Below are positions 9,457-19,381 of a stretch of DNA of 64,000 nt, one piece after another; position 1 is the first letter of the stretch, and each line of letters starts with the position of its first letter. Origin of the DNA: an uncultured Alphaproteobacteria bacterium (GTDB lineage: Bacteria > Pseudomonadota > Alphaproteobacteria > Bin95); contig CALAHN010000088.1 of NCBI GenBank assembly GCA_937891825.1, positions 50,009-114,008 on the forward strand. The letters are read 5' to 3'. The translations under genes were made by a program, and so were the position numbers. The notes beneath the pieces were generated by a model. The model saw nothing but the letters and a program-made list of their open reading frames with translations, did no database searches and was not told where the DNA came from.

Positions 9457-11238
9457 ATGGCCTCGACCTCGACCTCGACAGAAACGACGCCGACGCTGCA
9501 TGTCGAACGCTCGGCGCGCGGCCGGGTCTGGCGGTCGGCTGCGGGCGATCCGGCGCTCGCCGAGGCGCTCGCCCGGGCGCATGACCTGCCGCCGGCCGTC
9601 GCGTCCGTGCTGGCGGCCCGCGTCCCGGACAGCGCCGAGGCGGCGCTGTTTCTCGCGCCGCGGCTCCGTGACCTGTTGCCGGATCCAAGCCACCTCCTGG
9701 ATATGGATATCGCCGTCGATCGCGTGATCGAGGCGTTGGAGCAAGGCGAGCGTATCGCGATCCTGGCGGATTATGACGTCGACGGCGCGACTTCGGGCGC
9801 GTTGCTCGTCCGGGTGCTGCGCAGCCTCGGGGCCGATCCGCTGATCTACGTGCCGGACCGGGAGCGGGAGGGCTATGGGCCAAATCCCACGGCGGTCCAC
9901 GCGCTGCATAAAGCCGGCGCCCGATTGCTGGTGACGGTCGATTGCGGCGCGACCGCGTTCGAAGCCATCGACGCGGCCAATGCCGTCGGCCTCGATGTCA
10001 TTGTGCTCGATCACCATGTGGGCGCAGCCGAAACGCCGGAGGCGCTGGCGGTGGTCAACCCGAACCGCGCGGACGAACTTAGCCCGCATCGGCAGCTCGC
10101 CGCCGTCGGCGTCGCGTTTCTGTTCGCCGTGGCGCTCCGGCGCACGCTGCGGGAGTCCGGCGTCGAGGCGCCGTTCGATCCCATGGCCTTGCTGGATGTC
10201 GTAGCGCTTGGGACGGTCGCGGACGTCGCATCGCTGACCGGGGTTAACCGGGCGCTGGTCGCCCAGGGGCTCAAGGTCATCGCCGCGCGGCGCAACCCGG
10301 GCATCGCAGCGCTCTTGGATGTGGCAAGCGTCACGGCGACGCCCGACGCCGGACATCTGGGTTTCGCCATCGGACCCCGGATCAATGCCGGCGGCCGGAT
10401 CGGCGACAGCGCCCTCGGCCTCAGATTGCTCGCGACCGACGATCTTGAGGAAGCGGCGAGCATCGCCGTGACGCTCGACGGCTACAATCGAGAGCGGCAG
10501 GAGATCGAACGCACGGTCATGGACGCCGCCATGCCGCTCGCCGAGGCCCAGATCGAGGCCGGCCGCCGGGTGATCGCCGTCGCCGGCGCCGGATGGCGGC
10601 AGGGCGTCGTCGGCATCGTCGCCAGCCGCATCGTCGAGCGCTTTGGCCGTCCGGCATTGATAATTGCGCTGGCGGAGGATGTCGGCGTCGGGTCCGGGCG
10701 GTCGGTGCCGGGGGTCGGGCTTGGGCCGGCGATCATCAAGCTCAGGGAGCAGGGGGTGTTGCTGGCCGGCGGCGGGCATGACATGGCCGCCGGCTTCAAG
10801 ATCGCGGCGGCCGGTCTGGCGGCTTTTCATGACGATCTGGAAGCGTTGCTCGCGGCCGAACTCGATGCCGCCGGGGAGACGCAGAATTTGCAGATCGACA
10901 GCATCGTCAGCCCGGCCGGGGCATATGCGGCGGCGACGGCGCTCTCCAGGCTCGCGCCGTTCGGCGCTGGCAACCCGCAGCCGCGCTTCGCGATGCCGGG
11001 TCTTCGGCTGCGTCATGCGGACGTCGTGAAGGAGGCGCATCTTCGCTTCCGGTTTGAAGGCGCCGACGGCGCCCGGATCGACGGGATGGCCTTTCGCGCT
11101 GTCGGCCGGCCGCTCGGCGATTTCCTTACAGGCGCGGTTGGGACGGTGATCCATGTCGCCGGAAGAATTGAGATCGACGATTGGCGGGGCCGCGATACGG
11201 CGCGCCTGCTCGTCGAAGATGCGGCGCCTGCCCGTTGA
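9457..11238 (+). CDS. recJ: single-stranded-DNA-specific exonuclease RecJ
   Basis: DHH motifs (ILADYDVDGATS, VLDHH) and a DHHA1 region. Start taken at MASTST (9457); the track ORF starts 21 codons earlier and would overlap glpX. Confidence 0.9.
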   Translation: MASTSTSTETTPTLHVERSARGRVWRSAAGDPALAEALARAHDLPPAVASVLAARVPDSAEAALFLAPRLRDLLPDPSHLLDMDIAVDRVIEALEQGERIAILADYDVDGATSGALLVRVLRSLGADPLIYVPDREREGYGPNPTAVHALHKAGARLLVTVDCGATAFEAIDAANAVGLDVIVLDHHVGAAETPEALAVVNPNRADELSPHRQLAAVGVAFLFAVALRRTLRESGVEAPFDPMALLDVVALGTVADVASLTGVNRALVAQGLKVIAARRNPGIAALLDVASVTATPDAGHLGFAIGPRINAGGRIGDSALGLRLLATDDLEEAASIAVTLDGYNRERQEIERTVMDAAMPLAEAQIEAGRRVIAVAGAGWRQGVVGIVASRIVERFGRPALIIALAEDVGVGSGRSVPGVGLGPAIIKLREQGVLLAGGGHDMAAGFKIAAAGLAAFHDDLEALLAAELDAAGETQNLQIDSIVSPAGAYAAATALSRLAPFGAGNPQPRFAMPGLRLRHADVVKEAHLRFRFEGADGARIDGMAFRAVGRPLGDFLTGAVGTVIHVAGRIEIDDWRGRDTARLLVEDAAPAR

Positions 11239-11342
11239 TATTCCGTCACAGGCAGGTTCCGGTTATAGTCTCGCGGCGATGGGCTGACATCGGGCGAAGT
11301 CAGCGCTAGTCGATACAACAAGTTTTGGGGGGAGTTTCTGGA

Positions 11343-12800
11343 ATGAAACTAAAAGACAAAGCGCTATTTCGTCAGCAATGTTACATTGATGGCGTGTGGG
11401 CGGATGCTGATTCCGGCCAGACGATCAGTGTTTCCAATCCGGCGACCGGGGGCGTCGTCGGAACCGTGCCGAAAATGGGCGCAGACGAAACCCGCCGCGC
11501 CATCGAAGCCGCCGAGGCGGCTTATCCCGCATGGCGCGCGAAGACGGCCAAGGAACGGTCGGACATTCTTCGGAAATGGTATCTCCTGATGATGGAACAT
11601 CAGGATGACCTGGCGCAGATCATGACCTTGGAGCAGGGCAAGCCGTTCGAGGAATCCAAGGGCGAGATCGCCTATGGCGCATCCTTCATCGAATGGTTCG
11701 CTGAAGAAGCCCGCCGGGTCTACGGCGATGTCATCCCGCCGCATCAGGGCGACAAGCGCATTCTTGTCCTGAAGGAGCCGATCGGCGTCGTCGCGGCGAT
11801 CACGCCGTGGAATTTTCCGAACGCCATGATCACGCGGAAGGCCGGCCCGGCCCTGGCCGCCGGCTGCACCATGGTCTGCAAACCGGCGAGCGAAACGCCG
11901 CTCTCTGCTCTGGCGCTGGCTGAACTGGCGGAACGCGCCGGCATCCCGAAAGGCGTTTTCAGCGTCGTCACCGGCTCCGCCCGTGAGATCGGCGGCGAAA
12001 TCACCTCTAATCCGATTGTCCGGAAGCTGACCTTCACGGGCTCGACCGAAATCGGCAAGATTTTGATGGAGCAGTGCGCGGGCACCGTCAAGAAGACTTC
12101 GATGGAACTGGGCGGCAATGCCCCGTTCATCGTGTTCGACGATGCGGACCTCGACGCCGCCGTGCAGGGGGCGCTCCAGTCCAAGTATCGCAACGCCGGG
12201 CAGACCTGCGTCTGCGCCAACCGTCTGCTGGTCCAGGACGGCGTCTATGACGCCTTCGTCGAAAAGCTTCGGGTCGCGGTGGCGGCGTTCAAGATCGGCG
12301 ATGGCATGTCCGGCCAGATGGATATCGGCCCGCTGATCAATATGGGCGCTGTCGACAAGATCGAGGAGCATATCGCCGACGCCACGTCGAAAGGCGCTCG
12401 CGTCGTGCTCGGCGGGTCCCGCCACGCGCTCGGACACAGCTTCTTCCAGCCGACGATCCTCGCCGATGTGCCGAAGAACGCGCTTGTCGCGAAGGACGAG
12501 ACGTTCGGTCCGCTGGCGCCGGTCTTCCGCTTCAAGACGGAAGCCGAAGCCATTGAAATGGCGAACGATACGGAGTTCGGGCTCGCGAGCTATTTCTACA
12601 CCCGCGACCTCGGCCGCGCCTGGCGGGTGTCGGAAGGGCTGGAATACGGCATTGTCGGCTTGAATACCGGCCTGATCTCGACGGCGGTCGCGCCGTTTGG
12701 GGGCATGAAGGAGTCGGGCGGCGGCCGCGAGGGCTCCATGTACGGCATGGAAGACTATCTCGAGATCAAATATGTCTGCGTCGGCGGCATCGACGGTTAA
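11343..12800 (+). CDS. gabD: succinate-semialdehyde dehydrogenase [NAD(P)+]
   Basis: Aldehyde-dehydrogenase family with GabD-like N-terminus (MKLKDKALFRQQCYIDGVW) and the catalytic Cys/Glu regions. Confidence 0.9.
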   Translation: MKLKDKALFRQQCYIDGVWADADSGQTISVSNPATGGVVGTVPKMGADETRRAIEAAEAAYPAWRAKTAKERSDILRKWYLLMMEHQDDLAQIMTLEQGKPFEESKGEIAYGASFIEWFAEEARRVYGDVIPPHQGDKRILVLKEPIGVVAAITPWNFPNAMITRKAGPALAAGCTMVCKPASETPLSALALAELAERAGIPKGVFSVVTGSAREIGGEITSNPIVRKLTFTGSTEIGKILMEQCAGTVKKTSMELGGNAPFIVFDDADLDAAVQGALQSKYRNAGQTCVCANRLLVQDGVYDAFVEKLRVAVAAFKIGDGMSGQMDIGPLINMGAVDKIEEHIADATSKGARVVLGGSRHALGHSFFQPTILADVPKNALVAKDETFGPLAPVFRFKTEAEAIEMANDTEFGLASYFYTRDLGRAWRVSEGLEYGIVGLNTGLISTAVAPFGGMKESGGGREGSMYGMEDYLEIKYVCVGGIDG

Positions 12801-12803
12801 GCG

Positions 12804-13475
12804 ATGACGACTGCTGCAGAGAAGGAACGGGTCGGGCTTGCCGCCGCCGGCCTTGTCGAGGCCGGCATGACCGTCGGCCTCGGCACGGGATCCACGGCGG
12901 CGTTCTTTGTGGCCGGCGTGGCGGCGCGGGGCGTCAAGGCGCGCTTCGTGCCGACGTCGGAGGCGACCGCGGCGATGGCGCGGGAGCATGGCATGGAGGT
13001 CATTGGCCTCGACGTGGCGGCGCGGATCCACTTGACCGTCGACGGCGTCGATGAAGTCGATCCCGCGCTGAATGCGATCAAAGGCGGCGGCGGCGCCTTG
13101 ATGCGTGAGAAAATCGTCGCAAGCCTCTCAGATACCGTGGTTTATATCGGCGATTCATCGAAGCCCGTGAACCGGCTGGGCGCATTTCCCCTTCCGGTCG
13201 AGGTCTCGCCGTTCGCGGCGCCCGCTATCCTGCGCCGCTTGTCGGATATGGGCGCTGCCCCCATGCTGCGCCACCACGATGGCCGGCGGTTCGTCTCCGA
13301 CGAAGGCCACTGGATCATCGACGCCGCATTCGGCGAGATCGAGGACCCCGGCGAGCTTGATGTCATGCTGAACATGATCCCAGGCGTCGTCGCCCATGGA
13401 CTGTTTGTCGATATTATCGACCGGATGCTGATCGCCGACAGCACGGGCGTCAGAACCCTGGAGCGCCCTGCGTGA
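12804..13475 (+). CDS. rpiA: ribose-5-phosphate isomerase A
   Basis: 223 aa with the GLGTGSTA motif. Confidence 0.9.
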   Translation: MTTAAEKERVGLAAAGLVEAGMTVGLGTGSTAAFFVAGVAARGVKARFVPTSEATAAMAREHGMEVIGLDVAARIHLTVDGVDEVDPALNAIKGGGGALMREKIVASLSDTVVYIGDSSKPVNRLGAFPLPVEVSPFAAPAILRRLSDMGAAPMLRHHDGRRFVSDEGHWIIDAAFGEIEDPGELDVMLNMIPGVVAHGLFVDIIDRMLIADSTGVRTLERPA

Positions 13476-14899
13476 GCGTTCGCCCCCTCGCTGAACTGGA
13501 GGCGCGGGTTCGGCGCAATCTGGACCTGACGTCCCATCCGACCCTTGACTGGATGCCCCGGACCGATGGTCCGGACGGCGCCCATGTTCATGACGTCGCC
13601 ATTGCGGGCGCCGGGCAGGGCGGGGTCGCGGTCGCATTTCAGTTGATGCGGGAACGGGTCACGAACGTCCTCCTGTTCGACAAGGCGCCGCGCGGTCTGG
13701 AAGGCCCGTGGAGCACCTATGCCCGCATGCCGACCTTGCGGTCGCCCAAGGATTACACCGGCCCGGATCTTGGCCTGCCGTCCCTCACATATCGCGCCTG
13801 GCATGAAGCCCGCTTCGGCGATGCGGACTGGTCCAGGCTGGATCTCATTCCTGCGCATCTTTGGGCGGAATACCTCCTCTGGGTGCGCGATGTTACTGGC
13901 GTCGTCGCCGAGAACGAGACTGAACTTGTCGGGATTGCGCCCGCGCCAGGCGACCTCCTCGCGCTCCGCCTGCGGTCCAAGCAAGGCGAGCGGACCGAGT
14001 TCGCGCGCAAATTGGTGCTGGCGACGGGCCAGGACGGCGCTGGACGCTGGCTCGTGCCCGATTGCGTCAAGGCGCTGCCGCGGGAGCGATGGTCCGCGAC
14101 TGACGACGCAATCGCGTTCGAGGCGCTCGCCGGCAAGGACGTCGCGGTCCTCGGCGCTGGCGCCTCGGCCGCGGACAATGCGTCGATGGCGCTGGAAGCT
14201 GGCGCCCGCACCGTCAACCTGTTCGTCCGGCGGACGCGCATGCAGCGCATTCAGCCCTATCGCTGGCTGACGTTCTCCGGTTTCCTTCGCCATTACGCCG
14301 ATCTGGACGACGCCTGGCGATGGCGGTTCATGAGCCACATCCTGGGACTCCGGGAAAGCATTCCGCAGCCGACCTATGACCGGATGCGGGCCTTCGCCAA
14401 TTTCGAGATTGTCACCGATGGCGCCTGGCTCGACGCCAAGCTTGAAGCAGGCCGGGTCAAATTGTCGACGCCGCGCGGCGTTTATCGGGCGGACTATCTG
14501 ATTTCCTGCATCGGGATGGACGTGGATTTTGCGGCGCGCCCCGAACTTCGGCCGTTCGCAGGCGCGATCCAAACCTGGGGCGATGTCTATACCCCGCCCA
14601 AGGCAGAGGCCAATGCACGACTGGCGCGCTATCCCTATCTGGATGCGAATGGCGCCTACCGGGAAAAGGCGCCAGGGACTGCGCCGTTCCTCCGACATAT
14701 CTACGATTTCACCTTTGCGGCGACGATGAGCCAGGGCGCATCCGGCTGCTCGATCAACGCCATGAAAATCGCGGCGCCCCGGTTGGCGGCCGGGCTGACC
14801 CGGGCGCTATTCCGCGCGGATATCGAACGGCATTGGGCCAGTTTGCAGGCGTTCGACACGACTGTGTTCGAGCCGGCGCCGATCGATCGCGATAAGTAG
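13472..14899 (+). CDS. FAD/NAD(P)-binding oxidoreductase (two dinucleotide-binding motifs; flavin monooxygenase-like)
   Basis: GTG start overlapping the rpiA stop (GTGA). Motifs GAGQGG near the N-terminus and VLGAGASAADNA mid-protein; 475 aa. Confidence 0.6.
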   Translation: MSVRPLAELEARVRRNLDLTSHPTLDWMPRTDGPDGAHVHDVAIAGAGQGGVAVAFQLMRERVTNVLLFDKAPRGLEGPWSTYARMPTLRSPKDYTGPDLGLPSLTYRAWHEARFGDADWSRLDLIPAHLWAEYLLWVRDVTGVVAENETELVGIAPAPGDLLALRLRSKQGERTEFARKLVLATGQDGAGRWLVPDCVKALPRERWSATDDAIAFEALAGKDVAVLGAGASAADNASMALEAGARTVNLFVRRTRMQRIQPYRWLTFSGFLRHYADLDDAWRWRFMSHILGLRESIPQPTYDRMRAFANFEIVTDGAWLDAKLEAGRVKLSTPRGVYRADYLISCIGMDVDFAARPELRPFAGAIQTWGDVYTPPKAEANARLARYPYLDANGAYREKAPGTAPFLRHIYDFTFAATMSQGASGCSINAMKIAAPRLAAGLTRALFRADIERHWASLQAFDTTVFEPAPIDRDK

Positions 14900-15693
14900 T
14901 GGCGCACAATGAGGCCTTGATTCGGCTGCCCGATGGCGCCGGGCTCTGGACCCGGGATTCCGGCGGGGACGGCCCGGCGGTCGTGTTTGCGCACCCGCAT
15001 TCCGGCAATCATTGCTCCTGGGAAGCGCAGTGGCCGGCATTCGTCGCCGCGGGGTATCGCGCGGTCGCATATTCCAGGCGCGGCTACTATCGCTCGGACC
15101 CGGTTCCGGAAGGCGCCTGCCCGAGCCAGAGCGCGGATCTCGCCGCTTTGCTGGATGCGTTGGGGATCGAGCGTAGCCACGTCGTCGGCAGCGCCGCCGG
15201 GGGTTCGACGGCGCTGGACTTCGCGTTAGCCTTTCCGGCGCGCACCGTGTCTGCAGTGATCGCCTCCAGCCTGATGAGCATTGACGAGCCCGATTACAAA
15301 GCCGCGTCGGCGCGCGCCCGCGGGCCCTGGTTCGAAAGCTTGCCGATCGAAGCCCGCGAACTCAGCGCCTCCTTTCGCGCCATGGACCCCGAGGGGGCCG
15401 CAGCCTGGCGGGCGATCTATGACTTGAACGGCTTTGGAGCGAACGGCCGGCCGCGCGCGCAAAGGCTGCAATCGTCGATCGACTGGAAGACGCTTGGAGC
15501 CAATTCGCGGCCGTTGCTGTTGATGACCGGCGCTGCCGACCTCTATCTGCCCCCCGCGTTGCTGCGGGCTGTCGCGCCGCGGATTGGCGCCGCGCAAGCG
15601 GTGGTCGCGGCCGATGTCGGCCATCCGATCTTTGCCGAGGCGCCGGCGCTGTTCAACGCAAGCGTCCTGGCGTTTCTCGCAAGTCATGCTTAG
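14899..15693 (+). CDS. alpha/beta-fold hydrolase
   Basis: 264 aa with HPHSGNH and a nucleophile-elbow-like GSAAGG. GTG start overlaps the upstream stop by 1 nt. Confidence 0.65.
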   Translation: MAHNEALIRLPDGAGLWTRDSGGDGPAVVFAHPHSGNHCSWEAQWPAFVAAGYRAVAYSRRGYYRSDPVPEGACPSQSADLAALLDALGIERSHVVGSAAGGSTALDFALAFPARTVSAVIASSLMSIDEPDYKAASARARGPWFESLPIEARELSASFRAMDPEGAAAWRAIYDLNGFGANGRPRAQRLQSSIDWKTLGANSRPLLLMTGAADLYLPPALLRAVAPRIGAAQAVVAADVGHPIFAEAPALFNASVLAFLASHA

Positions 15694-16565
15694 ACAGCGT
15701 TGAGGAAGCCAAGCGCCGTCCATGCGGTCAGGTGGAACAGACAGGCGAGCGCGAAGAGGTAGAGGGCGCGTTTCAGATCGGCCGCTTCGATCTTGGCCCG
15801 TCCGCCGCCGATCCAGCCCTGGCGCCCTTCGAACGACAAGTCGAGCGCGCCCGCCATGGCCGCCAGCGGCCAGGTGACGGCGTCGGGCGCCTGCGGGCCG
15901 CCCCGCCAGACGGTCTTGAGCGCCCGGCCGGGCGTGGCGGCAGGCGCGAAGGCGCTGGCGATCAGGATCGCCGCCGCCGCCGGCAGCGATGCGGCGGCGA
16001 GCGCCCAGCGCTTGCATAGCAGCGCCAGACCGCCAAATGTCAGGTCCGCCTGATATCGCCCGCCCAGCAGCAGCACGCCGCCATAGACAAACAGCCCCGT
16101 GAGCCCGAACAGGGCATAGGCGAGAGCGGGACCGGCGACATCGACCGCCAAATTGCGCGCCAACCGCGCCGCGGCGGCGCGGCGGACCGCGAAGGGGTCG
16201 GTCGCTTCCTCGGCCGCCTTGAGCGCCATCCGAGCTTGGTCGAAGCTCCGGCGCTGGGCAAAGAAAGTCGCTACGAGGAGGACTTTCAGAATGTAAGGCC
16301 CGCTCGCTAGCAGCGCTTCCAGGAGGGCGCCCAGTATTCCGACTAAGCCAAGCAGCGCTAAGCAAGCGATGGCGCCTCGGATCCGCCGGTCGCCTGGCGG
16401 TCTGGCCGGTCGGTTCAGTTTCCGGTTCATCCCGTCGATAACGCCTGTAGCCCAGCCGCGAACCGCGCTCGCCGCCTGCGCCCTCCAGCGCGGATGTCCG
16501 ATCGCGGCGTCCAGCAGGAGCGCCAGCGCGATCGTCCAATACGGATCGAGCGCGAGGGAGACCAT
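15690..16565 (-). CDS. cobD: adenosylcobinamide-phosphate synthase CobD/CbiB
   Basis: 291 aa membrane protein with a CobD/CbiB-type N-terminus (LALLLDAAIGHP). Confidence 0.75.
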   Translation of the reverse strand: MVSLALDPYWTIALALLLDAAIGHPRWRAQAASAVRGWATGVIDGMNRKLNRPARPPGDRRIRGAIACLALLGLVGILGALLEALLASGPYILKVLLVATFFAQRRSFDQARMALKAAEEATDPFAVRRAAAARLARNLAVDVAGPALAYALFGLTGLFVYGGVLLLGGRYQADLTFGGLALLCKRWALAAASLPAAAAILIASAFAPAATPGRALKTVWRGGPQAPDAVTWPLAAMAGALDLSFEGRQGWIGGGRAKIEAADLKRALYLFALACLFHLTAWTALGFLNAV

Positions 16566-16589
16566 GGGCGCCAGCTCCTTCGCGTTGAT

Positions 16590-19376
16590 TTAGTGCGCTT
16601 CGGCCCATGTTCGCGCCGCGCCGGTTTCGACCAGCAAAGGCACGCTCAAGGCAACGGCGGATTCCATCACCGATTTGGCGACCCTGGCCGTCGCCTCGAC
16701 TTCGCTGTCCCTGACCTCGAAGACCAGTTCGTCGTGCACCTGCAGCATCATGCGCGCGCTGAGGCCTGCGTCGGACAGGGCTTCCGGCAAGCGCGCCATC
16801 GCGAGCTTGATGATGTCGGCGGCTGCCCCCTGGAGCGGCGCGTTGATCGCGGCGCGTTCCTGGAAACTCCGCCGGGCCGGGTTCTTGTCGGCGATGCCCG
16901 GCGTCCAGACCCGGCGGCCGAAAGCGGTCGTGACATAGCCATGCTCGTGGGCGAACGCCTTGGCGCGGTCCATATAGGCCTTCACGCCCGGATACCGTGC
17001 GAAATAGGCCTCGATGAAGGCCCGCGCATCGCCTTGCGGCACCTGTAGCTGTCGGGCTAGGCCAAATGCGCTGATGCCGTAGATGATGCCGAAATTGATC
17101 GCCTTGGCTTGTCGGCGGAGCGCGGGATCGATCGTTTCCGGGGAGCCGCCAAACACCAGCGCCGCCGTCGCCGCATGAATATCTAGGCCGTCGGCAAAGG
17201 CCTGCTTCAGGTCCTTGATGTCGGCGACATGAGCGAGCAGGCGGAGTTCGATCTGGGAATAGTCGGCCGACAAAAGCATCGAGCCTTCGGGCGCGATGAA
17301 GGCGCCGCGCAATTTCCGGCCTTCTTCCGTGCGGATCGGAATGTTCTGCAGGTTCGGATCGCTGGAGGCTAGGCGACCCGTCGCCGCGCCTGTCATGGCG
17401 AAGGAAGTGTGGATGCGCCCGGTCCTGGGGTTGATATAGGTCTGCAGGGCGTCCGCGTAGGTGCTTTTCAGCTTCTGGATCTGGCGCCAATCCAGCACCC
17501 GCGCCGGCAGGTCATGGCCTTCGGCCGCAAGGCCTTCGAGGACGCTGGAATCCGTGCTGTAGGCGCCCGTCTTGCCTTTCTTGCCGCCGGCGAGGCTCAT
17601 TTCATCGAAGAGAATTTCGCCAAGCTGCTTCGGGCTGCCGACATTGAACTCCCGCCCGGCGAGGCTCTGGATTTCTGCTTCCAGCACCGCCATGCGCGCG
17701 CCGAAATCCTGGGAGAGGGCGGCAAGCGTCTTCCGGTCGACCAGAATGCCCTCGGCCTCCATCGCCGTGAGCACAGGCGCCAGCGGCCGCTCGATGGCCT
17801 CATAGACGTAGGTCATGGCCTCAGCTGCAAGCCTTGGCTTCAGGCGCTGATAGAGGCGGAGGGTGATGTCCGCATCCTCGGCGGCGTAGTTCAAGGCCTT
17901 GTCGAGCGGCACGGCGTCGAATGTGATCTGGTCTTTGCCCTTGCCCGCGACATCGGCGAACTTGATGGTTTCGTAGTCCAGATGCAGCCGGGCCAGCTCG
18001 TCCATGCCGTGGCCGTGCAGGCCCGCATCCAGGACGAAGGACAGCAGCATCACGTCATCGAACGGCGTCAGCGTGACGCCATGGCGCGCCAGGACCGCCA
18101 TATCGTATTTCAGGTTCTGGCCGATCTTCAGGACCGCTGGGTCCGCGAACAGCGGCTTCAGCCGGGCGAGGGCGTCCGCGAGATCGATCTGCTTCAAGGG
18201 CGCTGCGCTGGCGCCGCCGCCGAAGTCCAGTTCGCCGACCGGGCCGGGCGTGCGGTGGCCAAGCGGGATGTAGCAGGCGTCGCCGGGCGCCAGGGCGAGG
18301 CTGACGCCGACCAGCTCCGCCTGCTGGGCATCGAGCGAGGTCGTTTCCGTATCGACCGCGACATAGCCTTGCGCGGTCGCCCGGGCGATCCAGGCTTCCA
18401 GATCGGGCACGGTCTGGACAAGCGCGTATGCGGCGTCGACGACGGCCGCTTCTTCAGGGGCCGGGGTCTCGATCCGGCCGTCATCGGCAAGGCGCGCCTC
18501 GACCTTTGCATGCAGGGATTTGAAGGACTGGGCCTTGAGGAAGTCCAGTAGGATAGTCGGGTCCGGCAGCTTCGTCGCCATTTCGGCCAGCGACGTCTCC
18601 ACCGGCACATTGCTGTCGAGTTCGACAAGCCGCCGGGAGATGCGCGCCTGGTCCGCGAAGTCGATCAGGCTTTGACGGCGCTTCGGCTGCTTGATTTCAG
18701 CCGCTCTGCGGAGGAGCGTTTCGATATCGCCGTACTCGTTGATCAAGAGCGCCGCGGTCTTGACGCCGATCCCTGGAACGCCCGGGACATTATCGACCGC
18801 GTCGCCGGCGAGGGCTTGCACGTCCACGACCTTTTCCGGCGGCACGCCGAATTTCTCCAGCACCTCCGCCCGGCCGATCCGGCTCATCTTCATGGGATCG
18901 AGCATCGCAACCTGGTCGCCGACCAATTGCATCAGGTCCTTGTCGGACGAGACGATCGTGACCTCTGATCCTGCTTCCCGCCCGAGCCGGGCATATGTGG
19001 CGATCAGATCGTCGGCTTCGTATCCGGCCATCTCGAGCGCCGGCAGGCCATAGGCCTTCGCTGCTTCGCGCACGATGTCGAACTGCGGGATCAATTCATC
19101 CGGCGGCGCGTCGCGGTTGGCCTTATATGCGGGGTAGATATCGCTCCGGAAGGTCTGCCGAGACGTGTCGAAGATGACCGCGATGCAGTCGGCGTCCGTA
19201 CTGTCGATGAGCTTCATCAACATGTTGCAGAAGCCATAGACCGCGTTCACCGGCGTGCCGTCGGGGCGGGACATCGGCGGCAGCGCGTGGAACGCGCGGA
19301 AAATGAACCCCGAACCGTCGATCAGGTAAACATGACGCGGGGTCTCTGGCGTGATTGTCCGTTCGGCGCCGTCCAT
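16590..19376 (-). CDS. polA: DNA polymerase I
   Basis: 5'-nuclease, 3'-5' exonuclease and polymerase domains (RRxxKxxNFGxxYG-type region AKAINFGIIYG, QVHDELVFE). Start taken at MDGAERT (19376) so that it does not overlap the downstream gene. Confidence 0.95.
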   Translation of the reverse strand: MDGAERTITPETPRHVYLIDGSGFIFRAFHALPPMSRPDGTPVNAVYGFCNMLMKLIDSTDADCIAVIFDTSRQTFRSDIYPAYKANRDAPPDELIPQFDIVREAAKAYGLPALEMAGYEADDLIATYARLGREAGSEVTIVSSDKDLMQLVGDQVAMLDPMKMSRIGRAEVLEKFGVPPEKVVDVQALAGDAVDNVPGVPGIGVKTAALLINEYGDIETLLRRAAEIKQPKRRQSLIDFADQARISRRLVELDSNVPVETSLAEMATKLPDPTILLDFLKAQSFKSLHAKVEARLADDGRIETPAPEEAAVVDAAYALVQTVPDLEAWIARATAQGYVAVDTETTSLDAQQAELVGVSLALAPGDACYIPLGHRTPGPVGELDFGGGASAAPLKQIDLADALARLKPLFADPAVLKIGQNLKYDMAVLARHGVTLTPFDDVMLLSFVLDAGLHGHGMDELARLHLDYETIKFADVAGKGKDQITFDAVPLDKALNYAAEDADITLRLYQRLKPRLAAEAMTYVYEAIERPLAPVLTAMEAEGILVDRKTLAALSQDFGARMAVLEAEIQSLAGREFNVGSPKQLGEILFDEMSLAGGKKGKTGAYSTDSSVLEGLAAEGHDLPARVLDWRQIQKLKSTYADALQTYINPRTGRIHTSFAMTGAATGRLASSDPNLQNIPIRTEEGRKLRGAFIAPEGSMLLSADYSQIELRLLAHVADIKDLKQAFADGLDIHAATAALVFGGSPETIDPALRRQAKAINFGIIYGISAFGLARQLQVPQGDARAFIEAYFARYPGVKAYMDRAKAFAHEHGYVTTAFGRRVWTPGIADKNPARRSFQERAAINAPLQGAAADIIKLAMARLPEALSDAGLSARMMLQVHDELVFEVRDSEVEATARVAKSVMESAVALSVPLLVETGAARTWAEAH

Positions 19377-19381
19377 GGCCG

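Noticed and set aside
9412-11154. 580-aa minus-strand ORF
   Set aside because: It is antisense to recJ (DHH/DHHA1 motifs present on the plus strand).
15226-17490. 754-aa minus-strand ORF, extremely Arg/Gly/Pro-rich
   Set aside because: It is an out-of-frame overlap of polA and cobD on the same strand and antisense to the alpha/beta hydrolase and FAD oxidoreductase. Composition RRGRR... is a GC-frame artefact. The real genes (cobD, polA) explain the region.
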